From: Lama glama
Taxonomy: Eukaryota
NCBI GenBank assembly: GCA_028534125.1
Contig: CM052817.1
Location: forward strand, 52,268,001-52,332,000
Direction of reading: 5' to 3'
Length of the DNA: 64,000 nt
Shown here piece after piece: positions 1 to 14,039 of the stretch. Each line of letters begins with the position of its first letter. Within the stretch, counting starts at the first letter, position 1. Under the pieces are notes generated by a model that searched no databases, had not been told where the DNA came from, and worked only from the letters and a program-made list of their open reading frames with translations. The translations under genes were made by a program, and so were the position numbers.

Positions 1-2635
1 AGGATACTGGCACCAAAGCAAAACGTCATTCACATCTGTTTTACTTATTATGTTTTCCGATAAAATTTACCTGGTTAATTGATAATAATAAAAAGTATAA
101 TTCTCTAATGACAATAGAAAAACCATAAACTGGAGTGCAAAGGGTATTCAAAAACGAAAACTGCAAACTGATTTACAAATGTGGTGTCTTCAAAAATATT
201 TTAACTTTCATTCTCTTTTAATACAGTTAATGTGTTCTATAGACTTCCACATATTTTCGGCATTTGATGAACCAGGGCTTGAAAAAACCATCGATTTGAT
301 AACAATGAAACTCCATGAGGTGCGAGAACCATTTCCATGGTCAACAACATAGGAAGGCAAAGCAGTCCCAGCCTACATACCCTCCCACCGCAGCCCTGAC
401 TGTCACTGATCTGACAGAATTCAGAATGGTTATAAGCTTCTCTCAAACAGAAGTCACTGGCAGCTGCAGAGACAGACCACAAAGGCTTACAAGCTTCAAG
501 GGTATATTTACCATTGGGCTTTAATTACTTTTCTGGCTTTGTGAAAGGACTGAAATGTCTGACATTTCAATGAGGACGATTTTTCTACCAGGTTAGAGAG
601 AATGATGGGTAGCTGAAAGAATTCTGAAGGGTTCTGGGAGATGCTGCAACATCTCAGGTCTGTTTTGCAATTGAAAAGGAAATACTATTCAAAGGGCTAA
701 AAGGAGGAGGCAGAAGTAGAGAATAGAGCAGGGCAGTATGACAAGGATGTGCATGGGCTTTAGAGCAATTTTGGTCTAAAGAGTAATTTTCCACTTAGGT
801 TTTCCCTGCTTCTAAAGTAATTTGGTTCAAGTGGGACAGATGTGAAAAAACCTGTATAGGTAGAGGGTCAAAAACATTATAGAGAAAGGAGTATTTCTTC
901 AATAAAACAAAAAGTACTTACAAGGTCATCTTTTATATATTGCCTTTTCTTGTTTCCTTCATTTCTATCTTGATCAATTTTACTCTTTGCCTAACTTGCT
1001 TTTCTTTCCTTTTCTTTTTAGTTTTTGCCTCTTTTCTTCTCTAATCTTCCTCAAATTTTTTTAACTTTCTTTTTCCACACGATAAATTAATTTCCTCTAA
1101 TTTATTTCAATAAATATATTTACTAAATTTTGTCATGTTTGTGTTTGCAATTTTTATTTTAAAATAAAGAACTATTTGAGAAAGAAATTATATATATATA
1201 AGTTTGAGCATTTATGAGCTCAATTATTTGTGTTTTAGGGTTTTTCTTTTGTGAATAAATGACTTCCTGAGAGAAAGCCAGGCCCTTTAAGAAGCTACTA
1301 CCACAGGTCCCAGCCTATTCAGCCAAATTCAGTGTTCCCAGCAGTGGTTCAGTTCAAAATACATTTACATTTTTGCTTCAAGTACAAATCATTAAAGTGT
1401 TGTGCTGACAAAATAAATAATTCTTATCTAGCAACACCTACATTTCTGTTCTGATGTTATTCTTTTATTATTTTCTGCTTGGTCAGGATTCCTGGAGCCT
1501 CAGAAATGTTTATATAATGATGTAAAATCTAAAGTCATGTTGTATAATACATACTGAAATGCCATAAAGCTCAAGATGCATAAACATATACATCTTTATT
1601 TCTTTACTATATTATTGTTGCTATGAGCATGGCTAGTGACATATTCTTCAGCAGTTGAGGGCTATACTTTATCTCCTTCAGGTGTCAATCTTTTGTAATC
1701 CATGGGTTTCATATAGTTTTAATGAAGTTCTTATTGGATTATTCAAAGACCATTTCATTTCTCTAGTCCTGAGGATTTCTGAGGTATCCAAATTTCCCTG
1801 GGGCTACAAGATTTGGACCTCTTACAGATGTCAGATTTAGATTTTTTTTTAAGTAGTTTGAACAGCATTTGTTGTGAAGCACTCCTACCAAGGCAGAATG
1901 ACAAGGAATAGTACACTAATTCACCTAGAGTTTTGATATATCGCTTTCTCTCTTTAGGCACATTTATACAGAAGATAAAAAATTCTTTTTATGGATTTGG
2001 GAGTATGTAAAGGAGGTGCAGTGGAGTAGTCACTTACAGGACAATAACAGCACATGATAAACTGCAACACAAACAAAATCTTATCTTAGAGTTCCAGAAG
2101 AACACACGGCTGTGTGAATGTTCACTGGTAAGAATATAGGTATATCATTTTGAAGAAAAAAAATTTATACATACCAGAAACTCAAGAGAAAAATTACTAA
2201 CAAAATTTGACCAATATCAAGTTAATCGTGGAAACAGGAAAATATTAGTAACAGCATGATATGAGAAAGCTAAAGGTCCTGATCTGTGAAATCTACTTAA
2301 TTACTTGTAAGAATGATAGGTCATCAGTAATGCCATCAAGGGATGAATGGGTATACAGACCTTGAAGAAAGTGCCACATTCATGCTGCAGACACACAATA
2401 GGCACTCAAACTCACTTACTCACAAACTCAACAAGCTTCTACATTTAACAGAAAGACCCTCTTATACAGCAACTCTGTAGCCTCAGCAAACTGTTCGGCA
2501 GACGTTGAGTGTAATCCTGACTTCATCCTTCTTAATGGAAACTGCTTTTCTTCGACAAAAAAAATTCTTCATCTTAACTACAAAATGAATAGCAGTTTTA
2601 CCAACAGCTGATGCTGTATTCACAAACATCAAGTC

Positions 2636-2750
2636 TGAATGAGATTCATTCATTCATTTACCTATCCATTCCATAGATATTAAGAACACTAAATGTCAAG
2701 AAGAGCCACAGACACTTGGGATACAGCCTGAAAGGGGGAGACCTCGTTTC
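2636..2750 (-). mobile_element. L2 LINE 3' end fragment, interrupted by L1
   Basis: ttcattcattcatt...gacacttgggatacagc matches the reverse complement of the L2 3' terminus. Confidence 0.7.
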
Positions 2751-2765
2751 TGTTCTCTGCATTTT

Positions 2766-3136
2766 AAAAATTTATTTCTTTATTATTTAAGTTATAAGTG
2801 TACAATACAGTGATTATAATTTTAAAGATTATATTCTACCTATAGTTATTATAAAATATTGGCTGTATTCCAATATTGGATATGTGTACAGTATAATCTT
2901 ATAGCTTATTTTAGACCTAATAGTTTGTACCTCTTAATCTCCTACCCTTATCTTGCCCCTTCCCTCTTCCCTCTCCCTACTGGTAACCACTAGTTTGTTC
3001 TTTGTATCTGTGAGTCTGCTTCTTTTTTGTTATATTCACTACGTTATTTGCTACGCTTTTTAGATTCCACATATAAGTGATATCATACAGAATATGTCTT
3101 ACTCTGTCTGACTTATTTCACTTAGCATAATGCCCT
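2766..3136 (-). mobile_element. 5'-truncated L1 3' end (artiodactyl L1_Art-like) with TSD
   Basis: ttagattccacatataagtgatatcatacag...ctgacttatttcacttagcataatgccct; TSD tgttct(c/t)tgcatttt at 2751-2765 and 3137-3151. Confidence 0.92.
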
Positions 3137-3789
3137 TGTTCTTTGCATTTTCTTAGGACGAGGCAGGCAATAGGTAATTAGTAAATTAGTAAGCATAGTA
3201 AATGTCAAATAAGTAAGATAAAACCTTTGATAAATTTTCTGTAGGAAATAAATCATTAGTCACTTTATTACATGGAACCATAAACCCCACAGAAGCATAA
3301 ACTTGGCCCTGCTCATCCCCAGAGCCTAAGAAGTTTTATTTTTGGAAGGGGGGTGAATATATAAAAAGCCAATGTGACAACTTAAAAGTAGATACAAATA
3401 ATTGGTTGTACATGTGAGTTACTGCATGCAAATAAATATTAAATGGAAGACATCATGCTTCTATATAAATTATTAAAATAATAATGTCAAATGTCATATT
3501 TGGCTAGATTAAAAGATTTGATATGTTAATTTTCAGAAGGAAATTAAAAATAAACCAGCAAATTGTATTTTTGCCTGTACTTGTTTAATGCTACTCTCTC
3601 TATCTTTATCCAAACATGACTATGTAATCTTTTGGTCTTAGAAAGCGCATAATTTCCTCAGGGATGTATTCCATAACCCTTCAATGAGTTTACATTATTA
3701 CTGTGTAGGTGAGAACTACATTCTTAAAGTAGGTAGACTTACTTTCCCATAAGGTTCCTATCATCACACTTTTAAGTTGTTCTTTGATT

Positions 3790-3930
3790 ATTTTTCTTTT
3801 CCACAGTTTACAAACTCTGCAAAAGCAAAGCCTTCAACATCTTGTTTACAACAGTATGACCAGTGTTTAGAAGAATTACCAGCATATGGTAGGTATTCAC
3901 TGAGTATTTCTTGAATGAATTACTGAATGA
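3790..3930 (+). mobile_element. L2 3' end
   Basis: cagcatatggtaggtattcactgagtatttcttgaatgaattactgaatga, a typical L2 terminus. Confidence 0.7.
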
Positions 3931-4089
3931 GGGTTGCAAATAAACCGTCAAACCCAATTCTTCAACTATTCCACAGTGACTTCCATAAAGCCTAAGTTAG
4001 CTGAAGAAAAACATAGAAACCTGAAGATTTTTCTCATCTTAAATTCATTAAGACTGACACACTAGATTCCTTTAGTCCTTTCACTCTTC

Positions 4090-6290
4090 TATGGTTCTGG
4101 GAGGAGTTTTTATTGTCCTCTCTCTTCAAATCTCCGACAACCCCTCTTCAGTCTCCGCTCTCCACTATTTGTCTTGCTTCCTGTTTCACAGGGAAAACTG
4201 ACTAAATCAGAAGAAAATTTCTATACATTCTCACTAGCCTGCATCTTTGCCCACTTTCTTGGATATTTTTCCTATTATTACTGTTCATGACTCCTCTACT
4301 TGAATACCCTATTCTAACTCCCCTTTTCTACTCAAGGATAAAGTTCCAACAGTTCTCACTGCCTTCTCACAAATCAGTGGGTTTTGTTCTGAATTTTATC
4401 GTTCTTTAAATTTGGTCTTTCCTATCTATGCTGTAATATTCTCTTCAGGAAAAAAAGAGGCAAAAATCTTGCCTGGAGGATTCATTCTCCAGATATTACT
4501 CAATTTCCCTTTAGAGCAGAAAATCTCAATACAGCATTCATGCAAGAGAAGTGTGGATGGAATTCATGAGGTCAATCTTCATGGATAAAAAAGAAAAAAA
4601 ATACTTGATCTTTAAGTGACTGAAGCATAATGTCCTTTAATTATGTATCTTGACAATCTACCATAAACAATATTAGCTCTAACTAAACATTTTTAATCAT
4701 GTTACACTACTGTAACATCACAAATATCCTTCACACTCACCACCCCTTTGAAATTAGGATATTAGACTTTTCCTATAAGTTACTATTTAAAGGTTAAGAA
4801 ATCTTGCTTTAGAAGAAGACTCTTTGAAATGTCTGTTGATGTTCATGGTTTTGAATTGCTTTTTCCCCAACCCAGTGTACATTTTCCAGTCAAGCTTTTG
4901 CCCAAACTGCTCTACAAAATAGCTTTCTTCTAATCACTGATAAGATGCATTTACTAAATCCAATAATCAAGGCTGAGTCTTCTGACTTGAGCCCTACTTG
5001 AGATTGCATTTGTCACACTTCACTATCTTATCTTGGAGACACTGCCTTCATGTCCAAACTCACACTTTCCTGTTTTCCTCCTACCTCACTGGTCACTTAT
5101 TTTTGAGTTTCCTTTGCAGGTCTATCTTCATAAATACAACTTTTCTATGCTGGACTACTATAGTTCTTAGTACTTGGACCTCTTTTTAATTTAATGTTGC
5201 TTAATTGATCTTCTCTTGTGTGAGCTCATGCACTTACATAACTTTAAGTAGACTAAATGATGGTAATTCTCAAATGTATAACTCTCAGGACCTCTTGTCT
5301 GAACAACAGATAGCTATTTCAAACTGCTTCCACAACATCTATCTTGAGTGTCTAGTAGATATCTCAAAATGAACCTCTCCAAAATTTAATCTGGATCCCT
5401 CTCCTCACCCCAGACCCCAATGTCCAACCTCCTCCCACAGTCATATTCATCTCAGTTACAACAACTCCAACATTTCAATTCCTTGGCCCCAAATCTCAGA
5501 TTCATTCTTCAGCTATCTTTCATATTTCACAACTAATTATCAGTAAATCTTGGCAGTTCTACACTGAAAATATATTCCATATATAACCACTTCTCATTTT
5601 CTAAACAGCTGTTATGCTGGTCCAAAACACAACTTTGTATAGCTTAAATTATTGTAAGAGTCCACTTACAACCTCTCTGTTTTTATACATGCTTCCCTCC
5701 AATATATTTTAGACAGAAGTCTAAGTAATCTTGTTAAGTAGAAGGTTAAATCATGTCACTTCTGTGCTCTAAACTCTCCAACAGTTTTGTATCTCACTTG
5801 GGATAAAAGCAGAAACCAGTACATATTTTGGTTACCCATTCACATCTTTGACATCTTCTATTACATTCCTCGTGGCTCACTCTGCACAAGTTGCACTTCT
5901 TGTTCTCACACAGCTGTTATTCCTTTCTCAGAATGTTGACACTTTCCTTCTCTTATTTCTTGAGTACTATGATTCTATAACTATGTGACTTACTTACTCA
6001 CCTTCAGTCTTTATTAAATGTCTACTTTTCAGTAAGGTCTTCCCTTGTCACTTTATACTTTGACAATTGTCACTGTCCCCCTTTCTATTTTTCTTTATCT
6101 CTGTGAAAATTATTACTACCTAACATATATTTTTCTTACTGTGTTTGTTGTCTGTCCCCATCCCTGCCTCTAGAATATCAGTTCTGTGATTGAAACGACT
6201 TAGTCGGTATTCCTGGCCTAGAGTATTATCTAATAGTAACAGTCATAATTTTTGATAAATGAAAACAGAAATGAACGAATGAACAAATAT
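4090..6290 (+). mobile_element. Long degraded L2 LINE
   Basis: cttgcttcctgtttcacagggaaaactg, ttttcctcctacctcactggtcac, tctagtagatatctcaaaatgaac, atcatgtcacttctgtgctctaaactctcc; ends gataaatgaa...gaacgaatgaac. Confidence 0.85.
4520..4812. mobile_element. Possible hAT-Charlie DNA transposon fragment inside L2
   Basis: Non-L2 block ending aaaggttaagaaatcttgctttaga, similar to Charlie-type termini. Confidence 0.4.
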
Positions 6291-7719
6291 AATTTTTCCA
6301 TACATCTCTTCATTTATCTCTTTTCATCATCTGCCTTCAAAGGATACAATGGCAAATCAAAATAGCCCAATAAAAACATGGTGAGCAAATGAAGCAATGC
6401 TATATATGATTTGTCTTAAAAATTACAGTTGTACTTCTTAAAAGACTACCATGTACATTTGGAATGTTTTCGTCCTTATTCAGTGTAGGTTGGCTATGTC
6501 ATATCAGTCTTTGTCTAAAATTTCAAAACAGTTAAAAACATAGTTTTAATCAAAAAGACCATAAAAGTGAAACGATATTTTCTACAAATATCATACCATA
6601 GTTTTACACATTAGATTTTATTTTGAAGTCATCTTCTCATAGCTCTTATGAGTTATCCCTCATTCATTTTGTTTGATTAATTGAAGGAACAATTTAAAAT
6701 ACCCATTCCCTTTAATTTTCACTTTATTAAAGATAAACATATCACTTAGTCCTACTTGGATAAATTTCTTAGAGTTTATCGAAACTCTGTCTACTTCTAA
6801 ACAAAGATACCTGTACAACTGACTGCAAAATGCTCTTAAAACATGCAGATGGCAATGACTGAATTTGTCTAGGTAACATTATACACCATTAATCTATTGA
6901 CAAATAATGTCCATAAACTAGTGACTTTATCTAAACTGGCATTAGTTTAAGTAGGTTTGAAAAGTATAATTTTACTTTAGATTATTTTAAACTACTTTCA
7001 GCAACTTTACAAATATTTTTCTTTTTCACTTATTGACTATTTTTCTTCCTAAATACCCTCCTCTTTTTGAAAACAAATAATGCTTCCTGTATCTCTAATG
7101 AAAAGAACTATTGAAAAGAACATATTAACCACAGACTGAAACTGACTTTGTAGTACAATTCTTTAGAAAAATATTGAAAGGCATCTAGAAAATTGTTGTA
7201 TCTATTAATAAGAGAGACAGAAAATGTCATCACTTGTTTTCAGCATTCAACATGAAATCATAATAATTCTATTTTGGATTTCTCTCATTACCAAATTTGA
7301 GCAAACTTAGATATCTTAATTATATTAAATACTTAATACTAGAAAAATATTAAAAGCTTTGCTTTTGTACAGTTTATTATAAAATATTGCCCTATCTAAC
7401 TGTACTCATTTGGAAACATCTTAAGGATATAATTTCCATATAGACCCCAAACAGCTTCACACATATGCAGATTAGACCTGCATAGAGAAATATGGGTTGT
7501 TAAATGTCAATGTAAAAATTCTCTAACTCCATTAAATCAGATCTTTAATAATTTCCCCTCTCACATTGTTTTCCTTTAAATACAAATTCTCCTGAAATAC
7601 GAAAATAATTGGTTATATATATTTTCTTTTATATTAGTGTTGCTCAAACTTTTGCCTCTGTCTAGGAAAAACTTGAAGGTAAGCCTCATTCTCAGATATC
7701 AGTGGTAACTGGGGAAAAA

Positions 7720-8076
7720 TATTTTCCCCCAAATTGAAGAGGACAGAATACTCCCAAATTCATTTTAAAAGGCCAGCATCACCTTGATACCAAAGGCAGA
7801 GGACACTACAAGAAAAGATAATTACAGGCCAACATCTATGATTTATGCAAAGTTGTCAACAAAACACTAGCAAACTGAATTTAGCAACACAGCAAAAAGA
7901 TCATACACCATGATCAAGTGAGATTTATCTCTGGGATGCAAGGATGTTTCAACATACACAAATCAACAAATGTGAGACACCACATTAATAGAGTGAAGGA
8001 TAGAAATCCTATGATCACCTCAATAGAGAAAAAGCATTTGACAAAATTTAATATTCTTTTATGATAAAATCCTCCA
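7720..8076 (+). mobile_element. Isolated L1 ORF2 (RT-region) fragment
   Basis: aggccagcatcaccttgataccaaa, atcatacaccatgatcaagtgagatttatctctgggatgcaagg and gaaaaagcatttgacaaaattt match L1 ORF2; frameshifted. Confidence 0.93.
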
Positions 8077-8811
8077 TAATTCTTATAACTAAAAGTGCTA
8101 TAATCATCTAGTAGAGTGTTGGATTTCTATATTTTTAAAGAAATAGAATATTAGATAATGTTTCTTTGAGGAAACCTCTGGTTGAGATATTCCAGTTGTG
8201 GTGGAACACACCATTATTTCATTCATGCAGTCATTCTGCAACTAGCTCTATCCTTGGTTATATGAGGTTCACCATGATTAAACTCTGTGTCTCTATCCTC
8301 CAAGGCTTAAAATCTTCTATGGGAGGGTTACATTTAAGTAAATTAGACCAAAAATTAATTAATTCAAATTTGATAAAGTATCCTTTTGAAAGATTTATTG
8401 GTAAAAGGGAGGCATAAAAAGACAGCAAATATGTAAAATATGTGATTAGGAAAGAAGTAGACAAAGAAACCAACTCAAGGATCATATGATCTCAACAGAT
8501 TTTGTTAATGAGATCGAATGTCAAGTTGGCTTTGAATGTATACTACAGAGTTAGAAGTAGCAATAAGTAGGGCATAATTAACCAGTGGGGAGATGGTAAG
8601 GATATCTATATACTTGTAGTAGACACTAATATACAGAAGAGAACACCCAAAAGAAGAGCTATAAGTGTGAAAGGCTATATTGAAAGCAGATTATGGAGGA
8701 CCTTTAAATCTAGGGACCAATGTTTAGATTTGATTCAGGAAACAACAGGAAGCCAAGATACTTTCTTTAGCTAAATTATAGACTATGATTTTTTGAAAGT
8801 ATTAACTAAGT

Positions 8812-9075
8812 AAAAGTAATAGCTGTTTTTTGAAAATTTACTGTGGATCAGATATTATAATTATGCCTTCCATTTATTGTTACACTTAATGTGTGCAATA
8901 GATGTATAAATTAGGTATGACTAATACCATCATCCTTCTGGAAATGAGAAATACAGGTTAAAGTTTTAAAATATTTTAAAATAAAACACTATAGCTGATA
9001 GGCAACAAGGCTGAGATGTAAACCCAGAACCCATTTTATCTCTAGAACCTGTGCTCTTTCCTATGGTATCCCACA
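8812..9075 (-). mobile_element. MIR SINE
   Basis: aatgagaaatacaggtt...ggctgagatgtaaacccag...ctctagaacctgtgctctttcc. Confidence 0.7.
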
Positions 9076-9629
9076 CTAAGATTTACTTTTTAGTTAAGTA
9101 TTTAAGAAAATAACAGCTGCAACATTGTAACAGACTTCTGGAGCATGATTAGTATTACTACCCTATTTTGTGCATATAGCTAAACTGTTTTAGAAACTTT
9201 CCATGTGCTTTAACATTTCATGTGCCAGAAACTTGTAGTATCTTTCTCAGACACTATTATTACCCTCTTCATTATAAAGATGATATACAGACAAATTGAA
9301 AAGCACAAAATGGAAGCTGTTTCATCAGGGAGGGAACGATTATGGAATTCAAATTCATACTGTTGAAGTCCAAGCCAAAACAATTTTGTCCTAGAACTTC
9401 TGGTAACAAGACATATATTCTGGAGTCCCTTACCATCCTTTAAGATGAGAAAAAATATGTTTATGAATCCATGTTTTTAAATAAAAAAGGGATATTGGAT
9501 ATTATTCAAATTCTACATAACAGACTGTGGGTGTAACTACACAATATTTTAGGAGATTTACTGAGGTGGTACCATGTGCTTTTTCTGGATAAGAGCAAAG
9601 CCAATTAAAAGCAGTTGTGATGACTAAAA

Positions 9630-9865
9630 CTAGGAGTGATGAATGCTTACTATATGTCAATGCATTATGGCAGCAATTTACATATATTTTCTTGCTCAAT
9701 TTTCATAAAAATAACGTTTTTAAAGTTATATTACATATGAGAAAACTTTGGCTCAGAGATGTTCACAAAATTGCTCAAGATGACATAGCTAGCAACAGGT
9801 AGTTTGTAAATTTGAACACAGGTGTTTTGTTTAAATTTCAAAATCAATTCTTTTTGCAACTCAAT
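9630..9865 (-). mobile_element. MIR SINE
   Basis: gaatgcttactatatgtca...ttacatatgagaaaactttggctcagagatgtt...ttgctcaagatgacatagctag. Confidence 0.8.
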
Positions 9866-10488
9866 GACATAAAAAATCATGCTTATGTTAAACCAAAATC
9901 AAATTATATTTTAAGTGTCTAATGATGCTTTCATATGTAATTGCTACCATTGCATATATAGTGGAAGGTGCTAAAGTGTAAAGTCATGTTTAGGATTTTT
10001 AACCAGCATGTGTTTATGGGCATTTCTATAAACATAAATTTTATGGAGTATTGGTAACATCTTGGTTGAAAATGAACAAAAATATTCTTCATGATCAGAA
10101 AATAGGAATTAATGAACTTCTTTTCTCTCTTTTTAAGTAAAAATAATTTCTTTAAATTTTTGGAGTTAAGAATCAATCCTAAATCAATGATTTGTATATC
10201 TTATTATCTTATGTTCCCAATGCAACAGTCTGTAACTGTTTTCTCTAGAGTTTTCCATTCCTCTGGCTACCATTCTACCATATCCTACAGCTTCAAGGTG
10301 GAGCTGTAAACTCAGTCCTCCGACTGCAGTATTGACACATACATTTGTTGTTCTTGTTCAATGCTGATCTGATTTACAAGTCTGCTTTTGCAGCAGTGGT
10401 TTTATAGAGAGTTCATTTAAAGTTTACTTTTGCGTAAATACCTTTAAAGCACTTCTTATGTGCCTAACAGTTTTCCTTCCCAGGAGGT

Positions 10489-10522
10489 TTTTTTGTTTGT
10501 TTGTTTGTTTGTTTTTGTTTTT
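10489..10522. repeat. (TTTG)n simple repeat
   Basis: ttttgtttgtttgtttgtttgtttttgtttt. Confidence 0.85.
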
Positions 10523-10814
10523 AAAGAAACAGGTTTTACTTTATGGGTGAAATCAATTTCAGGACAGTCATACATTTTCAAGTGCAGATTTTCTTTCATT
10601 TATTACCTGAACTTTGATCCTCTTAATGACACAGATTTACCCCACATATAACACAGAATTTTCTAATACTTGATTCAGATTTTTGTAAAACATCTCAAAT
10701 ATGGGCTTTTAAAAATGAATTCAGAAGGCAATTGGTCTCAGAGTCCAATTTGATTCCAGGTAATTAAATGGCAAGAAATAGAGGTCACGGATCACTAGCC
10801 TTTCTACTGAAGGA

Positions 10815-11030
10815 GTGGTAGTTAGCCGGATGGTTAAAGGAACAGGCAAGTGCCCATCCTCACTGGCAATGCCTGATTCTACACTTGAATCACTATAGTT
10901 TTTTTTTACAAAGTCACTTAAGCTCTCTGCTTCTAGCTCATCCATCCGTAAAGGAGAAATACAGTTATCTTCCACTTTCCAAAAAGACTGTGGAGAGTGT
11001 AATTAATTAGTATATTCAAACAAATTTAGA
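10815..11030 (+). mobile_element. MIR SINE
   Basis: aagtcacttaagctctctgcttctagctcatccatccgtaaaggagaaat matches the MIR core. Confidence 0.75.
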
Positions 11031-11240
11031 AGCTTCAAATTAAATGTAGGTATGAAAAAATATTTTGTCTTTCACAGAATTTCTTTAGGTATCTCAAACA
11101 CAACAAAAGCAAATATTTTTCCAAGCAAATTCAATGACTTTATATTTTGAGAAGTACATGAAATGTTGGCAATATTTACTATTTAATAACATAAGTGACT
11201 AATACTTGTGAGAAAGAAGTCTAATTTAGCCATTTTCCAA

Positions 11241-11290
11241 CCCTTCTTCCCTTCCTGCTTGCCTTCCTTCCATCCTTCCTTCCTTCCATC
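11241..11290. repeat. (CTTC)n low-complexity repeat
   Basis: ccttcttcccttcctgcttgccttccttccatccttccttccttcc. Confidence 0.75.
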
Positions 11291-11429
11291 TTTCTTGGTT
11301 TGCACTATATGCTCTTGAACTGTTCAACTTCTATGAGTTCATCAGTATATTTTTTTCATTGCTTATAGGCAGCCATTTGTGCACTGAACATTTATTATTT
11401 TAATTTCCCAACTCCTTGTGCTCCAGTAA

Positions 11430-12395
11430 CAGCACAGCATCTCCAGTAACAACAACCCATGTTGAAGAAACCCTAGCTTCTCTTCTTTGGAGAAACTATC
11501 TTTCCCTCATTCTTTTATTATGTTTGACAGAGAAGAGCTGAAATCTCCCCACATGATTGCATTTTTTCTTCATCTTATGATGAGGTGTGATTTGTAGGCA
11601 CTTGACCCAAACAAAAGTCAGTCTTGATATTTCACACAGTTTGCCACCAGAATTCCAAGGGCTGCGAACAAGGGGGGTAAATTAAAGTCCTACCTCAGGA
11701 TTATTTTAAGTGGAGCTTTTCAAAATGACCATTTCAGTTTTTTTAATTTTACATTTTTATTGAGATATTACTTTTGGGTGTACAACATAAAGATTCAAAA
11801 CTTGTAAGTATTGTGAAGTTGTCACCACAATAAGTCTAGTTAACATTATCACCATCTATAGTTACCTAATTTTTGCTTGTCATGAAAACTTTTAGAATTT
11901 ACCCTCTTAGCAACTTTCAAATATGCAATACAGAATTATTAACTGTAGTCACCATGCTGAACATTACATCCCCATGATATTTATTTTATAACTAGAAGTT
12001 TCTTCATTTTGACTTCCTTCACCCAGTTTGCCCACTTTCCACCCCTACTTTTTCAGTTTTAATAGTTAAACCATAGGATTATAATAGTCAGTTTCCACTA
12101 GCCCCGTGTTTCCTCTCACCATCACTACATCTTTATTGCATATTTCCCTATCAAATAGATAAAACTACAACAGAAGCAAGTAGAGTCAATATATAGAAAG
12201 AAACAAGATTAAAAGATAGAATCCTGATGGTATTCAAGCCTCTGAATCTAGGCAATGCTGCCTTTCCTACAGCTTAGTTATCTGAGTTAGTAGGTCCCAA
12301 CTACACAGACCAGCATGTATGCATGTGTGTACTTACAAGGCTTCTGTGGCTTATGACAACAACGACAATAACAACAACAAAACACTGGCAAATAC
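11430..12395 (+). mobile_element. Degraded MLT1-like (MaLR) LTR interrupted by L1
   Basis: 3' part atcctgatggtattcaagcctctgaatctag...ttctgtggcttatgacaac...actggcaaataca resembles an MLT1 3' end; 5' boundary uncertain. Confidence 0.5.
11741..12048 (-). mobile_element. L1MA9-like 3' end
   Basis: ctcttagcaactttcaaatatgcaatacagaattattaactgtagtcaccatgctgaacattacatcccc; possible TSD tttcagtttt at 11732 and 12051. Confidence 0.88.
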
Positions 12396-14039
12396 ACTAT
12401 CCTTCTTAGCAACAAATTAATAAAATAGAGTGAACACAAAGATACTTATGACAGAAAAGCCAATTACCCTTTCTATTTTTTCAAGTGTATTTTTTTAATT
12501 TAATGCTTGAATATCTATATCTGAACATGTGGCCTGATAGCTACTAAGCTTGACTCAACTCAGAAATAAGGCCTTTCCTTCAAAGTTTCTTAAGAAAAAG
12601 TGGAAAGATCATTTTGTTGCATTCTTCCATTTTTGTTTCATAAAGAACAAGTCCCTAGCCCTACAAATGGCTTGTATTGGACTCCATATTTGAATTAAAG
12701 ATTGCTAAACTTAAAAAAAAAAAAAAGAAAGAAGAGCTGGATTATCTGTAGTATTCATAATGGGTGACAGTATCCAAGGAAGAACAAAGAAGCACCATGG
12801 AAACATTGGGCAAATTGTATACTGGCAATTTAGGTATATCCAGTCATTTAATCAATCCCCGTGTCTAAAGTAGGATTAGAACACAGTGACAGGATACTTT
12901 GAACTAGGTTTCAAACACTTTTTCTCTTTTATTCTTAAAACTTTATGATCTATTAATGATTCAGCTCTTACAGAATTAGATCTAAATCTTGTATTTGATC
13001 AACTTTCTCCCTTTCAGGCTATGAGGGTTTGTTTTATTTCTCATGGGTTTGATAGAAGAGAAATTTAAAAACCCTAAAGAGATTAATTAATTTTAATAAA
13101 AACAGTATTTTTAAAACAAGCACACTTTCTACCCATCAGCAAATGCATATACTCCAGTTTACTGTAGCTTCAGCAGACTCTCAGTACAAACGTTGCACAG
13201 CCCACTTCCTGTCATCAAATGATGTTTTAAGCATTTGTCACCAGGAATATATCCAATAAAAAGATTCAGTGGCTAGTGTGGTGATAAAGTAACCAAGGTT
13301 CCAGAGCTCTTGTCCTGGTGACTGCAACAACCATTGTTGAATATTTCTGACACTTGGCATGATAAAATTTCTCTTCTAACCACTAGCAAGTAAGGACCAG
13401 ATGAAAATAAAGTAAATATAGCTATTCCTGATCTTAGCTACTCCTTGACACGTGAGTAAGTCTGAACTTGGTCACTGATATTTGTCATACTAGCTGGTGT
13501 CACAGGTGGGATTAGGATGACAAAGAAATCAAAGATTTAGGGAAAACAATACATCCTTGCCCTTAATCTTTCACCATGCTATTTGTCCAGTAGCACTTTG
13601 GATAGGAAACCAGTGCAGGAGGCTTTAACATTTAGTAATTATGGACAGAGTGTCTACATCAATCTGGCTGCTATCCAACTCAAGTATTGTTTAAGTAAAC
13701 ATTTACACATGTCTTGTTGATTATCACATGCTCTGAGGTGAATCATTTTTACTTTCTTGGGTGAGTTATAGTTAGTTGGACGCAAAAAAGAACTATAAAC
13801 TCAACATTTGTGAAAGAAGAGTCTAGCCTAGAATATTTTTGCCTATGCCAGATATCAGGAGGCTTCCATTTTGGATTCCTATTGGGCTTTTGATTGCAAC
13901 AGTGTTTCATGGAAGAAGATCACCTTCCTACCAGTTATTAACATTCATTATCTTCTTTCCCCTGGTTAAGTAAATGGCATCAATAATTATTTACCCAGAT
14001 AAAAAGATATGATATTATTTTAAAAGATAAAAGTTTTAA

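Noticed and set aside
455..525. Possible MER58 fragment
   Set aside because: Short, weak similarity and no terminal inverted repeats seen
10721..10975. 84-aa minus-strand ORF with protein-like composition (MEDNCISPLRMDELE...)
   Set aside because: Largely antisense to a MIR element; no recognised homology
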